Shown: positions 17,529 to 27,778, counted from the stretch's first letter. The stretch is DNA of 64,000 nucleotides from Microgenomates group bacterium (GCA_041659805.1 JBAZXP010000001.1:384589-448588); one strand, 5' to 3'. Notes: generated by a model not told the origin, from the sequence alone. Made by a program: numbers and translations.

Positions 17529-19252
17529 AGCTCTATCTCATTCCCAAGAAGATCAGTAATAGTCCTTTTACGTTTTAATTTTCGTGGGTACTTTTCAAAA
17601 AATTCTTTGTTCTCTTCTACTAAATAAATCGTGCAATAACCTGTTCCATCTTCATATTTTAACTCTCTACCTTTCAAAATCCCTTGTCTTTCAAGTTTTC
17701 TAAGTGTGGAAGAATGCAAGCCGCACTCATCAGTTATTTTCCAACCTTGAAGCCAAATATCACTATTCTTTACAGCTTCATAAGGGATATTTCCTTTCTT
17801 TATGTTCATATGGCAATCAAAACAGGTAATCCCATCTAAAGTCCACCATATTTTCTTGCCAGGAGTAGATGATTTACAGATCATACAGGTATATGTTGCA
17901 TCTCCTTCGAGAAGAAATCCCTCTGGTTCATGTTCTAGCCTTTTTTTCCTTGTATTTTCAATTCCTTGCATTTCTCCAGAAAGCCTAACTAACTGAATTA
18001 AATGATAGTTTCCATACTTCATTCTTGCTTCATAGTCTATTTTTGAAGGCTTTTCTTCTTTTTTCTCACCTGTAAGCTCAAAAAAATCTTCCTCTCGTTC
18101 ATATCCTTTCAATCTTCCTGATAAATAACCAAGACGATAGAATACTCCCTCAGTCATCAAACGCCAGTTTGTTCCCTCAAGTCTATCCTTTATAAGTTTT
18201 TGAATCGTGGATACACTAATATTTTCACTGCGTGAAGAATCACTATCTTGAATACTAAAAGGGACAATGACATATTGTCCTATCTCTGGTTTATCAAACG
18301 ACAGCTTAACAAAATGTTCTTTTTCAAGCACCTCATTTAAAAGCTTTTCCAATTCTAAGATAGTAAGTTTTTTCAAACCAGCAACTTTTTGGTAAGCGAA
18401 ACTATCGTATTTTTGTAATTCTTCCTGGTATATTTGCGGGGCAATTTTAAAGGCCTCAATGTACTCAAAACTTTCTTTTCCTTCCTTATCAGAGCAAAAT
18501 TCTTCTCGATATTCCTCCAAAAGCTTTTTATCTTCTTCCTCCTGTTTTTTCCTCTCAGCTCTATGTTTTTCTAAATCATCTTCTGTAGTTTCTGTAAAAC
18601 CACATGATGCACAAGTTGTTTTCCATATAATTTTCTCCTTACTTTCCTTAACAACAGACATATCAATTTCAGCCTTACATTTAGGACATAACTGTGGTTT
18701 TGTTTCATATTCTTTTCCATCTTCATAAATCCATCGTTTCTTTTTACAGTTGGAACAATTAAACAGGAACATCATGTGTAATTGTTTGTCTAATGTATCA
18801 AGGTGTTTAATCGTGACTTTCATTAACTTTTTACAGTCAGGACAGATTATTTCTTGAGGTTCAGGGGTATTATCGTATTTATCTTGTTCTATACTGTCAG
18901 AATCCATCCATTCTTGTATTGCCTCTTCTTTATGACTATATCTTTGGCCTTTTATTTGATAAAGCTCTTGGTTGGTAATCCAACCAAACCATTTTGCCTT
19001 ATCTCCAGCAGAAAACTTTTTAGATTCTTCACTATTCAGGTGTTTTTCATAAGTTTTTGTCCATGACTCAATAGCCTCAAGACATCTTTTAATCGTAAAT
19101 AAGTCATATCGGTCTATATAATGCTGTTTATCTTTAAGGTATTCCATATATCTATCTTTGATTATAATATTCTTCCTCGTTATCTTCATCTGATCCGTCA
19201 AGAAAAGATAAAAATTCATAATCAGAACCGAACTCTTTCCATTTAATTCCAA
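17525..19252 (-). CDS. Multi-Zn-finger hypothetical protein with a C-terminal HTH-like segment
   Basis: CPDC/CSNC, CPKC/CASC and CMIC/CFDC pairs. The true start is probably MEYLKD (~19147). Confidence 0.7.
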   Translation of the reverse strand: MELNGKSSVLIMNFYLFLTDQMKITRKNIIIKDRYMEYLKDKQHYIDRYDLFTIKRCLEAIESWTKTYEKHLNSEESKKFSAGDKAKWFGWITNQELYQIKGQRYSHKEEAIQEWMDSDSIEQDKYDNTPEPQEIICPDCKKLMKVTIKHLDTLDKQLHMMFLFNCSNCKKKRWIYEDGKEYETKPQLCPKCKAEIDMSVVKESKEKIIWKTTCASCGFTETTEDDLEKHRAERKKQEEEDKKLLEEYREEFCSDKEGKESFEYIEAFKIAPQIYQEELQKYDSFAYQKVAGLKKLTILELEKLLNEVLEKEHFVKLSFDKPEIGQYVIVPFSIQDSDSSRSENISVSTIQKLIKDRLEGTNWRLMTEGVFYRLGYLSGRLKGYEREEDFFELTGEKKEEKPSKIDYEARMKYGNYHLIQLVRLSGEMQGIENTRKKRLEHEPEGFLLEGDATYTCMICKSSTPGKKIWWTLDGITCFDCHMNIKKGNIPYEAVKNSDIWLQGWKITDECGLHSSTLRKLERQGILKGRELKYEDGTGYCTIYLVEENKEFFEKYPRKLKRKRTITDLLGNEIEL

Positions 19253-19454
19253 GCGACTTTCTAATTTTATCTAATGTACGCATACCAATGCTACCAGTTT
19301 TTCCACGCTCGATTTTACCGTAATAATTGGGATTTAAATCAGCTCCTACAGCAACATCTACCCTTGTTCTCTTCTGTTCTAATCTTATTTGTATTATTCT
19401 TTGGCATAATAATTTTTGCCTTTTGAGTCCCTGTTCAGAAATTCTATGTTTCAT
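19152..19454 (-). CDS. XRE-family HTH regulator with an acidic tail
   Basis: RIIQIRLEQKRTRVDVA...NYYGKIERG...TLDKIRKSLGI. Confidence 0.85.
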   Translation of the reverse strand: MKHRISEQGLKRQKLLCQRIIQIRLEQKRTRVDVAVGADLNPNYYGKIERGKTGSIGMRTLDKIRKSLGIKWKEFGSDYEFLSFLDGSDEDNEEEYYNQR

Positions 19455-19555
19455 GAAGGGAATTATAAAAGAGTTTTCTAAAAAATGACGTACTTTTATG
19501 AATAGTTACTTTGGCTATCTTAAATATAGGAACTTTGCTAGAATTGAACCAGAAT

Positions 19556-22045
19556 ATGTCAAAAATACCATTTAGTGTATCAGCTAGAACCGCAAGATTA
19601 ATAGGAAGGGAAAATGTCAGTAATGCAGAAGGTGCAATAATTGAATTAGTTAAGAACGCTTATGATGCTGATGCAAGTACATGTATAGTTTTTTTTAAAA
19701 AGGATTTTAGCGGAATTCCTGAGCAACTATCTATACAAGAATATACTCAAATCTCTACAAAGCAAACTTTTAAGGAAATAAAAGATTGCTACGAAAAAAA
19801 TAATGAGGGATACCAACTTAAAACCCTAATTGGCGATAAAACAGAGGTTTTATCTTCTTTTTTTAATTCGTTGTGTGAAATTTATATCATAGACAATGGG
19901 ACGGGTATGACACGAAATGTGCTTGAAAATCAATGGATGATGATAGGAACAGACAATAAATTGGAGAACTATATATCAAAAAAGAAACGTATACAAACAG
20001 GAGCCAAGGGAATTGGAAGGTTTGCGCTCGATAGGCTTGGATCTTTTTGCGAGGTGCTTACTAAATCTGAAGATTCTTCAGAAGGGTATAAATGGGCTGT
20101 AAATTGGGAGAATTTTGAAAAGAAAAACACAGATATAGGTAAGATTTATGCGGAATTAGAAGTGGTTCAAAAATTTAGTAGCGACTCTTTGTCATTTTTC
20201 AAAAAAACAGAGAATGAAGTAATTATGCCTTTATTGGGAAAATTTGAGCATGGAACCATATTGAGAATTAAATCATTGAGCGATACATGGAATTCTGAAA
20301 GCATCACTAATATTTATCATGTTTTAGAATCATTAACTCCCCCTGGAACATTTCAGGAATTTAAAATGTTTGTTTTTAATTCTGAAGATTTAAATGCTTT
20401 TGGAGAAGTTAAAAACTTTATTAATGATGATTTTGATTACCAAGTTAATGCAACTTTTAATTCTGAAAAACAACTTAATATAAAGATCTCAAGACGTGAG
20501 TTTGATTACAAAAAAATTGATAAAAAGCTTTTCTTACAAAAAGAAATGCAAAAATCTCCTTATACCGAAGAGGATTTTAAAAAAGGCTATTTTTTAATAA
20601 AAATGGATATCCATAAATTATTACCTGGGGGACTAAACGAATATATACTTAATAATTTAGGGCCTTTTGAATTTAATTTCTACTTCATTAAGCGTCAAAC
20701 TACTAACGAAGATAGGGAGGTTTTTTCTTTTAGAGATTTCAACCAAGCGCGAAGAGCAGAATGGTTAGATAGATCAAGTGGAATTAAAATTTTTCGAGAC
20801 AATTTTAGAATTAGGCCCTACGGAGAGCCAAAAGGATCAACATATGATTGGTTGGGATTAGACATGCGGGCTGCTAAAAGCCCTGCTGGATTTGCTCAAA
20901 GAATTGGGCAATGGCATGTTAGATCATACCAAGTGGCCGGTGAAGTTAATATTTCTAGGATAACTAATATCTATTTTGATGATAAATCTAGTAGAGAAGG
21001 TTTACAAGAAAATGCCTACTTTAAAGTATTCAAAAATATTTTAAATGAAATAGTTGCACTTTTTGAAAGAGATCGAGAATACATAGGAATAAACATGAAA
21101 AGTTTTTCCAAGAAAAATAATGAAGAAGAAAAAACCAAAGAGGAAGCTCATGAAATTGCAGAAATGATAACCTCAACGCCCTCATCTCCACAACAGTCAT
21201 TGGATATTGATCCACAAAGTCTAAAGCAACAACTAGAAACTGTTTCTAAAGGATTTAAAATTAAGGAAAAAGAGCAAGAAGAATTATTGACTGAAGCAAA
21301 AATGCTTCGTACGTTAGCTAGTTCAGGTTTATTAGTAGCTACATTTGCTCATGAATTAAGACAGTTAGGAGGAACCTTATCCCGAAGAGTAGATTTACTC
21401 GAGCAATGCCTAGAAGGTGTTATAGATAAGAGTAAATTAGCTTCATTGCCAACCCATTTAGATCCATATAAAAGATTGCAAAGATTAAGAGATGATGACT
21501 TGAAACTTAAGAATTGGATAGACTTATCAGTAAACACATTACAAAGAAATAAAAGGGATCTAATTAAGATAAATCTAACTAAATATTTATCTGAATATAT
21601 CGAATATGTAAATAACATAGTAAAATTCAAAGAAGCACATATAGAATTTAAAAGTACATCTGATGACATAGAAATAAAAGTTTTTCCAATAGATATGGAC
21701 AGTATATTTAATAATTTGCTTGCAAATTCAATTGCAGGATTTCTTCGTAAAGATGCACCTAATGAAAGAAAAATTAGTATAAATATATCGGCTACAACTA
21801 ATAACGTTATCATCGAATATCTCGATAGCGGCCCAGGTTTAGATTCTTCAATTCCTTACCCAGAAAAAATTTATGATTTGTTTTTTACTACTAAAATAAA
21901 TGAGGTAGGAGAAAAAATAGGTACAGGTTTAGGTATGTGGATAGTAAAATCTATTATTGAAGAGTATGAAGGTAGTATAAATATAACAAAAGTACGCCCT
22001 GGATTCGGTATTAAAATGGAAATCCCTAAACATATAAGCAAATAG
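19556..22045 (+). CDS. GHKL (MORC/Hsp90-like) ATPase fused to a cytoplasmic histidine kinase
   Basis: N-terminal ELVKNAYDADA, DNGTGM, GAKGIGRF and GT. C-terminal H-box FAHELR, NNLLANS, DSGPG, FFTTK and GTGLGM. No TM segments. Start taken at ATG MSKIPF. Confidence 0.9.
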   Translation: MSKIPFSVSARTARLIGRENVSNAEGAIIELVKNAYDADASTCIVFFKKDFSGIPEQLSIQEYTQISTKQTFKEIKDCYEKNNEGYQLKTLIGDKTEVLSSFFNSLCEIYIIDNGTGMTRNVLENQWMMIGTDNKLENYISKKKRIQTGAKGIGRFALDRLGSFCEVLTKSEDSSEGYKWAVNWENFEKKNTDIGKIYAELEVVQKFSSDSLSFFKKTENEVIMPLLGKFEHGTILRIKSLSDTWNSESITNIYHVLESLTPPGTFQEFKMFVFNSEDLNAFGEVKNFINDDFDYQVNATFNSEKQLNIKISRREFDYKKIDKKLFLQKEMQKSPYTEEDFKKGYFLIKMDIHKLLPGGLNEYILNNLGPFEFNFYFIKRQTTNEDREVFSFRDFNQARRAEWLDRSSGIKIFRDNFRIRPYGEPKGSTYDWLGLDMRAAKSPAGFAQRIGQWHVRSYQVAGEVNISRITNIYFDDKSSREGLQENAYFKVFKNILNEIVALFERDREYIGINMKSFSKKNNEEEKTKEEAHEIAEMITSTPSSPQQSLDIDPQSLKQQLETVSKGFKIKEKEQEELLTEAKMLRTLASSGLLVATFAHELRQLGGTLSRRVDLLEQCLEGVIDKSKLASLPTHLDPYKRLQRLRDDDLKLKNWIDLSVNTLQRNKRDLIKINLTKYLSEYIEYVNNIVKFKEAHIEFKSTSDDIEIKVFPIDMDSIFNNLLANSIAGFLRKDAPNERKISINISATTNNVIIEYLDSGPGLDSSIPYPEKIYDLFFTTKINEVGEKIGTGLGMWIVKSIIEEYEGSINITKVRPGFGIKMEIPKHISK

Positions 22046-22047
22046 AT

Positions 22048-22683
22048 ATGAGTAATTATAATATTGCCTTTATAGATGACGATCAGGGTGTTATAGACGA
22101 TTTCCTTGTTACTGCTGGGAATAAATCGGTAGATGTTCAAACCTTTGAATTATCTCCTGATAAAGAAAGTTTGGTTGATGAAATCGCAAAATCTAATGTT
22201 GATGCGATAGTCATTGATTTTCATCTTGCCGATACTCGACCAAATATCAAATATGATGGCGCAGAGGTAATGAATCAATTGGAAGAGGTGACTTACAATA
22301 TCCCAAAGTTTATTTTTACTGCTTTTTCGTCTGCAGCTGAAGATAAAAGTAATGATATTAATATAGTTTATGAAAAAGAAGGAGATTTTGGGCCATTTAT
22401 TGATAAAGTAATAAAACAAATCGATAAATACAAACATCGATTGGAAGAGTATCAAGAGGAATTGATGAGTTTAATAGAGAAGAGTAAAACTACCAAATTA
22501 AATGTAGAAGAGGAAGAGCGCGCTTTAGAATTAGATAATATTATCGAGAAGTCTTTGAACAAAAGACTTTCCTTACCTGATAGCCTCAAAAAACCTTCAA
22601 CTATTTCAACGCTCGACAAACTTCTTTCAGAGGCAGAACAAATAGTAAAGGAGTTACAAAATCGTAACAATGCAAAATCTTAG
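22048..22683 (+). CDS. Receiver-domain protein with a C-terminal helical extension
   Basis: IAFIDDD, IVIDFHL (phospho-acceptor Asp), FIFTA and YEK. Confidence 0.85.
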   Translation: MSNYNIAFIDDDQGVIDDFLVTAGNKSVDVQTFELSPDKESLVDEIAKSNVDAIVIDFHLADTRPNIKYDGAEVMNQLEEVTYNIPKFIFTAFSSAAEDKSNDINIVYEKEGDFGPFIDKVIKQIDKYKHRLEEYQEELMSLIEKSKTTKLNVEEEERALELDNIIEKSLNKRLSLPDSLKKPSTISTLDKLLSEAEQIVKELQNRNNAKS

Positions 22684-23260
22684 ATCTAAAATACCACAAC
22701 GAACTTGCACGAGAGAATACACAGATTACACTTCCTATAAAAGCTACTTAAAATCTGATTTTGACAGTAGGTGTGGTTATTGTGATGACCATGATCAATA
22801 TTATGGTGGTTCTGACTCATATCATATTGATCATTTCGCACCTAAAAAATTTGCGGATTTAATCTCTAAGTACAGCAATCTTGTATATTCGTGCCCATTT
22901 TGTAACAAGGCTAAGCGCAATAAATGGCCTTCAGATGATCAGAATGTGAATGTTGTAGGTGATGAAGGATTTATTGACCCCTGTAGTGAGAACTATGATA
23001 TTCATTTGAACCGTGATGAAAATGGTAGCATAATCTCTGTTACCCCAATTGGTGGTTATATGCATAAGCATTTAGAATTAAATTTGAATAGACATGCCAT
23101 AATCTGGAAATTAGATAGAATTAATGAAGCAATAACTAAAATTCAAGTACTGAGAGATAGCGATTCAGAACTAGGTGAAGATTTATCAAATAGACTAAAC
23201 CAACTATTGGCAGACTATAGAGAATATGACCAAAGATTAAAAGACACATATAACAAGTAA
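22670..23260 (+). CDS. HNH endonuclease
   Basis: CGYC...IDHFAPK...NLVYSCPFCNKAK. Confidence 0.9.
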   Translation: MQNLRSKIPQRTCTREYTDYTSYKSYLKSDFDSRCGYCDDHDQYYGGSDSYHIDHFAPKKFADLISKYSNLVYSCPFCNKAKRNKWPSDDQNVNVVGDEGFIDPCSENYDIHLNRDENGSIISVTPIGGYMHKHLELNLNRHAIIWKLDRINEAITKIQVLRDSDSELGEDLSNRLNQLLADYREYDQRLKDTYNK

Positions 23261-23383
23261 TATTTTCAAGTAAAAAGACTGCAGACTTTGTAGGAAAATT
23301 ATAGTATGATTAAAAAGTGCTGCCTAGTTTTATATTAAAAACCTGATTAATTAAAAGGGGTAAATGAGACTGCAGAGTTATTA

Positions 23384-24667
23384 ATGAAAAAAAATACTAC
23401 TCTTCTCAAAAAGGGTTGGGATGATAAAGTAGGATACTTTCCTACACCAGCTAATATTGTAGCGCAGTTTACTTGTCTTACTACTGATTTTATAAAACCA
23501 TATTTGCCTTCCCAAATTGATGTGTTAGATTTATTTGCTGGAGATGGAAGATTAGGCATAGAACTATCAAAATCTCTATACAATAATAACTATAAACCTC
23601 ATACAACTTTTGTTGAGATTCAGCAGGAAGAGATAGAGAAAATCAAAGCTAATACTAAAAATACTAAGGTTTTTAAACGCAATATATTTAAATGGTCAAC
23701 AAAAAAGAGGTTTGATTTAGTAATTTCTAATCCCCCATATTTAATACTAAATTCGCCTGATGCAGGAAAGCTTGGATTCAATTGGGAATATGCTAAAAAA
23801 CATGGAAGAAATTTATATACATTAGGAATTATCAAAGCTTTAGCTTTATGTAGAGAAGGAGGAATTGTCGCCGTAATCTCTCCATTTAGTTGGTTAAGAG
23901 GAGAATACAGTAAAGAATTTAGAGAGATAATAAATCAAAATTGTTCAAGAGTATTAATAAAGGCAAACGATCATAGAACAGTATTTAAAGGTGTTAATCA
24001 AGATATTGGTTTCCAATTTTTTATTAAAAGATACAGACATGAGACATCACTAACAAAATGGCAATTTGGGTATAATGGTAATAATCCTGAAGAGATTCTT
24101 TTTGAGAACTTAGAAAGAAAGAATAGCTATTATCAATTAAGCTCTAGAGTAATGGTTGGTACTATCGTATGGAATAGAAATAAAGAATATCTTACTTCAC
24201 AAAAACATAATAGTACCCTAGTAGTTTATGGTGGTAATATAGGCCATGATGGAAAACTTAATTGTAATATTTCAAAATATAAAGATAAACAATATATTCA
24301 AAACAAAGTTTTATCAAAAACAGATGTATTTGAATCTCCTCTAATATTAATACGGAGAATTATGAGAGGAATACCAGGCAACTGGATGATTGATTCCTGC
24401 TTAATCGAAAAACCCTTTAAGTGTGTTGTTGAAAATCATGTGATTGTTATTGAAATACCAAAGGGGAAAGTAGCCTCGTATAGAAGATTTTATGAAAACA
24501 TAATGGATAGAATAAAAGAATATTATTATTTCTCTGGAAGCCCATCAATAAGCGGAAGGGTTGTAAAACAAATAATAATGGATCTAGAGCTTTCTTTGAT
24601 TAAAGAAAAGGATGCGTCAAATTATCTTCCAACCAGTCAAGAAAACATACATCTATTATTTGATTAA
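23384..24667 (+). CDS. Amino (N6-adenine) DNA methyltransferase, gamma class (TaqI/Eco57I-like)
   Basis: GYFPTP, VLDLFAGDG (SAM binding), FDLVISNPPY (catalytic) and a C-terminal TRD-like region. Confidence 0.88.
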   Translation: MKKNTTLLKKGWDDKVGYFPTPANIVAQFTCLTTDFIKPYLPSQIDVLDLFAGDGRLGIELSKSLYNNNYKPHTTFVEIQQEEIEKIKANTKNTKVFKRNIFKWSTKKRFDLVISNPPYLILNSPDAGKLGFNWEYAKKHGRNLYTLGIIKALALCREGGIVAVISPFSWLRGEYSKEFREIINQNCSRVLIKANDHRTVFKGVNQDIGFQFFIKRYRHETSLTKWQFGYNGNNPEEILFENLERKNSYYQLSSRVMVGTIVWNRNKEYLTSQKHNSTLVVYGGNIGHDGKLNCNISKYKDKQYIQNKVLSKTDVFESPLILIRRIMRGIPGNWMIDSCLIEKPFKCVVENHVIVIEIPKGKVASYRRFYENIMDRIKEYYYFSGSPSISGRVVKQIIMDLELSLIKEKDASNYLPTSQENIHLLFD

Positions 24668-25240
24668 TAACTCACCCTTCTTCGACAGGTCGCTATTTGC
24701 AAATATTTTTAAATAGTCAAAGTTTTTTAGTTCATTATTCAATTCCTTAAGGGAAATGCTTCTTTCAGTTCCTAACATTTCCCATATCATCATGATTGTT
24801 TGTTCCCAATCATTACCAAGTTGACCAAGAATAAATCGTAGTACAAACTCTGATATTTCTTCAGCTGTACCTTCAAAGCTAATTTTTCTTTCTCCTAATT
24901 GATCAATAAAGTTAGACACAATTCTATCCTCTTCATAAGTAACCCAATCTGGTGTATCTTTACCAATATTTGTAGGAGGATATTTATCATTTAATACCGA
25001 AGTATCGATAGTTGAATTAAGCTTAATTTGTTCTATAGTATCTTCAAGAAGTTTTCTCCAGTCATGAAGTGCTTTTTGAGATCTAATCATAGTAGTTAAA
25101 AATTGATTTCTATCCCCTGATGTTCCAATTATTTTGGGATAATTTTTTGTCTTAGCTATTTCTTTTATTAACGCAAAAGTATCTTTATCCCATTGATCAA
25201 AAAGAGGATATCGATATTTAGGAGGGTTATTTATAGCCAT
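24656..25240 (-). CDS. Hypothetical protein
   Basis: ORF co-oriented with the upstream NTase/kinase genes; no motif recognised. Confidence 0.65.
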   Translation of the reverse strand: MAINNPPKYRYPLFDQWDKDTFALIKEIAKTKNYPKIIGTSGDRNQFLTTMIRSQKALHDWRKLLEDTIEQIKLNSTIDTSVLNDKYPPTNIGKDTPDWVTYEEDRIVSNFIDQLGERKISFEGTAEEISEFVLRFILGQLGNDWEQTIMMIWEMLGTERSISLKELNNELKNFDYLKIFANSDLSKKGELLIK

Positions 25241-25243
25241 AGT

Positions 25244-26011
25244 TTATTTAATAATTAAATCTCTAATAAAATTAACAAACTCAGCTGTTTTAGAGTAGGT
25301 TTCTTTACCGTCAATCTTTTTATTTTCTCTATTTTTATACCATTCTAAAGCTTCTTTAATTAAGGATGACCATTGAGGAAGTTGTTCTATAGTCCACTGA
25401 GCAGCTTGTTTTTTAGACACTTGTTCACCATTTTTGACCGCATAGTATGCTCTACATAGAGTAAGAATCGCATAGCCCTGGGCTCCTTTAGTATGCATAT
25501 CTTTTACCCATTCACTCCAAGAGGAAGTATGTGACTTTACTGCTTCAATAAATTCTTCTTTTGAGATTGGTTCAATTATTATTTTTGGATCAGCACCAAA
25601 TAGCGTTACACCATTTTCTCGAACTATGTACCAATTCATTAACCAATGCTTTCCAACTACTCTTTTATGAAATGGTTCACCTGGACTAATGACAGCAATT
25701 TCACTCTCTTCTGTTTTGAAGGTTTTTAGAGCAGATTTTGGCATATACTGAACTTCGATTCTGTCGTTCCATTCTGTATGTTCATTTGCAAAATCTTGAT
25801 GCATTTTTTCTAAAGCCTTAAATTCTTCATCTGTTAAATCAGATTCCAAAGCAGCTACTAAATCTATATCACTAATATTCTGATCAAAATCACCAGTAAC
25901 AAGAGAACCATATAGGTATAAACCAATTAGCTTTCCTCCTAAAACACTTTGAATTTTAGAAAGAATAATCTGGAGTAAATTATTAATATCCGGATATTGT
26001 GTAGGACTCAT
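25244..26011 (-). CDS. Aminoglycoside adenylyltransferase-like nucleotidyltransferase (AadA/DUF4111-type)
   Basis: GLYLYGSLVTGDF...SDIDL; C-terminal YAILTLCR...VSKKQAA.W. Confidence 0.85.
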   Translation of the reverse strand: MSPTQYPDINNLLQIILSKIQSVLGGKLIGLYLYGSLVTGDFDQNISDIDLVAALESDLTDEEFKALEKMHQDFANEHTEWNDRIEVQYMPKSALKTFKTEESEIAVISPGEPFHKRVVGKHWLMNWYIVRENGVTLFGADPKIIIEPISKEEFIEAVKSHTSSWSEWVKDMHTKGAQGYAILTLCRAYYAVKNGEQVSKKQAAQWTIEQLPQWSSLIKEALEWYKNRENKKIDGKETYSKTAEFVNFIRDLIIK

Positions 26012-26595
26012 ACTAACTCCAACACTCTAGTAAGAAGCGTATCCAAGGGCGAAGCTTTGATAGCTGTGTATCCACTTCTTTCTGCCTGTTTCTTAATTTC
26101 CTGTCCATAGGTATAAGTAAATTCTGAATATTTTTTAGCTTTTTCTGGATCAGGAGTGTTACCTCTGTTTCTTTGAATATCTCTTTGGTAAAGTTCCTCT
26201 TTATCATCATATAAAAAGACTGCTTTAATACTTTCTTGAGATCGGGTTGCTAATAACTGTGGAATAATACTATCTCCTTCAAAAATAACTGGCTCGTCAC
26301 AGACTATATGTTTATTTATCAAGTCATCTAACGCTGGCCATAATTCTTTTCCAACATCTAATAACTTTTGGCTCCAATATTCAGGAGTATTTTGTTCTAT
26401 AAAATTAGGATCAGCATCAAGAAAGGTAAAAAGATCAGGATGATCTTCTTTTTTGACCATTTTTTGTAAAGCAATTCGAATATCATCGACCTCTGTTAGA
26501 GGCACTTCAAACTGCTTTGCAAGTTGTCTTGCAAGATGGGATTTTCCAGTAGCACCAGAACCACCAATTAATAATATTTTCCATTCAGTTTTCAT
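26008..26595 (-). CDS. P-loop small-molecule kinase
   Basis: ILLIGGSGATGKS, VDDIR and IFEG. Confidence 0.8.
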   Translation of the reverse strand: MKTEWKILLIGGSGATGKSHLARQLAKQFEVPLTEVDDIRIALQKMVKKEDHPDLFTFLDADPNFIEQNTPEYWSQKLLDVGKELWPALDDLINKHIVCDEPVIFEGDSIIPQLLATRSQESIKAVFLYDDKEELYQRDIQRNRGNTPDPEKAKKYSEFTYTYGQEIKKQAERSGYTAIKASPLDTLLTRVLELV

Positions 26596-26619
26596 ATTTT
26601 TAGTATAGCAGAGGAGACA

Positions 26620-27132
26620 TTATTTCATCTCACTGGCGAGAACGTAATCTTCATTTTCAGTAGGAGGTTCCCAATTCTTTAAGTAATTGTCTAACATTTC
26701 TCTACTAATCTTAAAGGAGTCTTTCCCGAGATTATTGTTTCTTCCCATAACCCTCTCTCGTATCGCTTCGATTGGTGTATCAAGATAGTACATCACCAAT
26801 TTAGCACCAATTGCCTCTGTCCTTCTTCTCATTTCATCTCGTGTTTCTTTTTCCCAAAATCCCTCATCCATGATGACATCAATACCTTTCTCTGCGAGAT
26901 AAAATGCAACATCCCTTGATAAATCAATGATTTTACGATCCCACTGGGCATATCCTTCAATTGTAGGATCGTTTCCAATTAAACGAATTGACCATTCATC
27001 CTTCACGATTCTCACTGCACCAGTTTTTTCTTCTAGCTTCTTTGCAAAAGTAGTTTTACCAGCACCGATAAATCCACAAATTATATAAACGATAGGTTTT
27101 CTTTTCATAAAGGTATTGTACCAAAGATTCAT
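26620..27132 (-). CDS. AAA_33-type P-loop kinase
   Basis: ICGFIGAGKTT, VIMDEGFW...R, R..GRN and WEPP. Confidence 0.85.
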   Translation of the reverse strand: MNLWYNTFMKRKPIVYIICGFIGAGKTTFAKKLEEKTGAVRIVKDEWSIRLIGNDPTIEGYAQWDRKIIDLSRDVAFYLAEKGIDVIMDEGFWEKETRDEMRRRTEAIGAKLVMYYLDTPIEAIRERVMGRNNNLGKDSFKISREMLDNYLKNWEPPTENEDYVLASEMK

Positions 27133-27206
27133 ATTTATTTTCCTTCTGAAAGTCGCTATTTTTAATATTTTATTCCTCTCTCTGTAAAATTTCTTTTCTC
27201 ATATAA

Positions 27207-27358
27207 AGGGGTTGCACCCCTCATTTTGCAAGGGTATATAAACGAGGTCGTTGCCTCGCCCTTGCAAAACTCACCCCGCTTAGCTTGCAGCATGTATCGG
27301 TAGCAGGCAGGCTGCTACCAGAAAAAATATTTTCTAGGAAAGGCCAGGAAGGAGGTGA
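27207..27358 (+). other. Highly structured GC-richer non-coding region with nested hairpins and a strong SD
   Basis: Inverted repeats TTTTGCAAGGG/CCCTTGCAAAA, CGAGG/CCTCG, GGTAGCAG/CTGCTACC and GGGGT/ACCCC; SD GGAGGTGA. Confidence 0.7.
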
Positions 27359-27364
27359 AAATAT

Positions 27365-27772
27365 ATGAGTGCATTTTTAGTAGAGGATATAACAATTAAT
27401 AGAGTTGTTAACTGGATGATTCTGGAATTACCAAATAACTACTATCTTGCAGAAGAGTTAAAAAAGATGGGTTACACTGAAGGAGATCCGGAAAAATTGG
27501 CAAAAGATATGTTTCAGTTAAATATCGCATCTTTGAAGCAAAGATATGGCTCAGCAGAAGGATTTAGGGATTTCGATTTTACCTATAAGCTCACATATCC
27601 AGTGACCAAAATCCAAGTATTAAAATCCTTACAATGTTGGTTATATCAATGCTGCGAGGGTAATGTAGTAAGAAAAAAGTTTTATCGGCTCTTTGATGAA
27701 GTCGTAAAAGTTTGCTTAATGAAGAGCATAATTTATGACCTTCCAGAATACGACGAAGCCCGATGGGGTTAG
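27365..27772 (+). CDS. Hypothetical mobile-element protein
   Basis: Strong SD; LN..SL.QRY and KSLQCWLYQCCEG motifs; followed by a terminator. Confidence 0.75.
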   Translation: MSAFLVEDITINRVVNWMILELPNNYYLAEELKKMGYTEGDPEKLAKDMFQLNIASLKQRYGSAEGFRDFDFTYKLTYPVTKIQVLKSLQCWLYQCCEGNVVRKKFYRLFDEVVKVCLMKSIIYDLPEYDEARWG

Positions 27773-27778
27773 TTCAAT

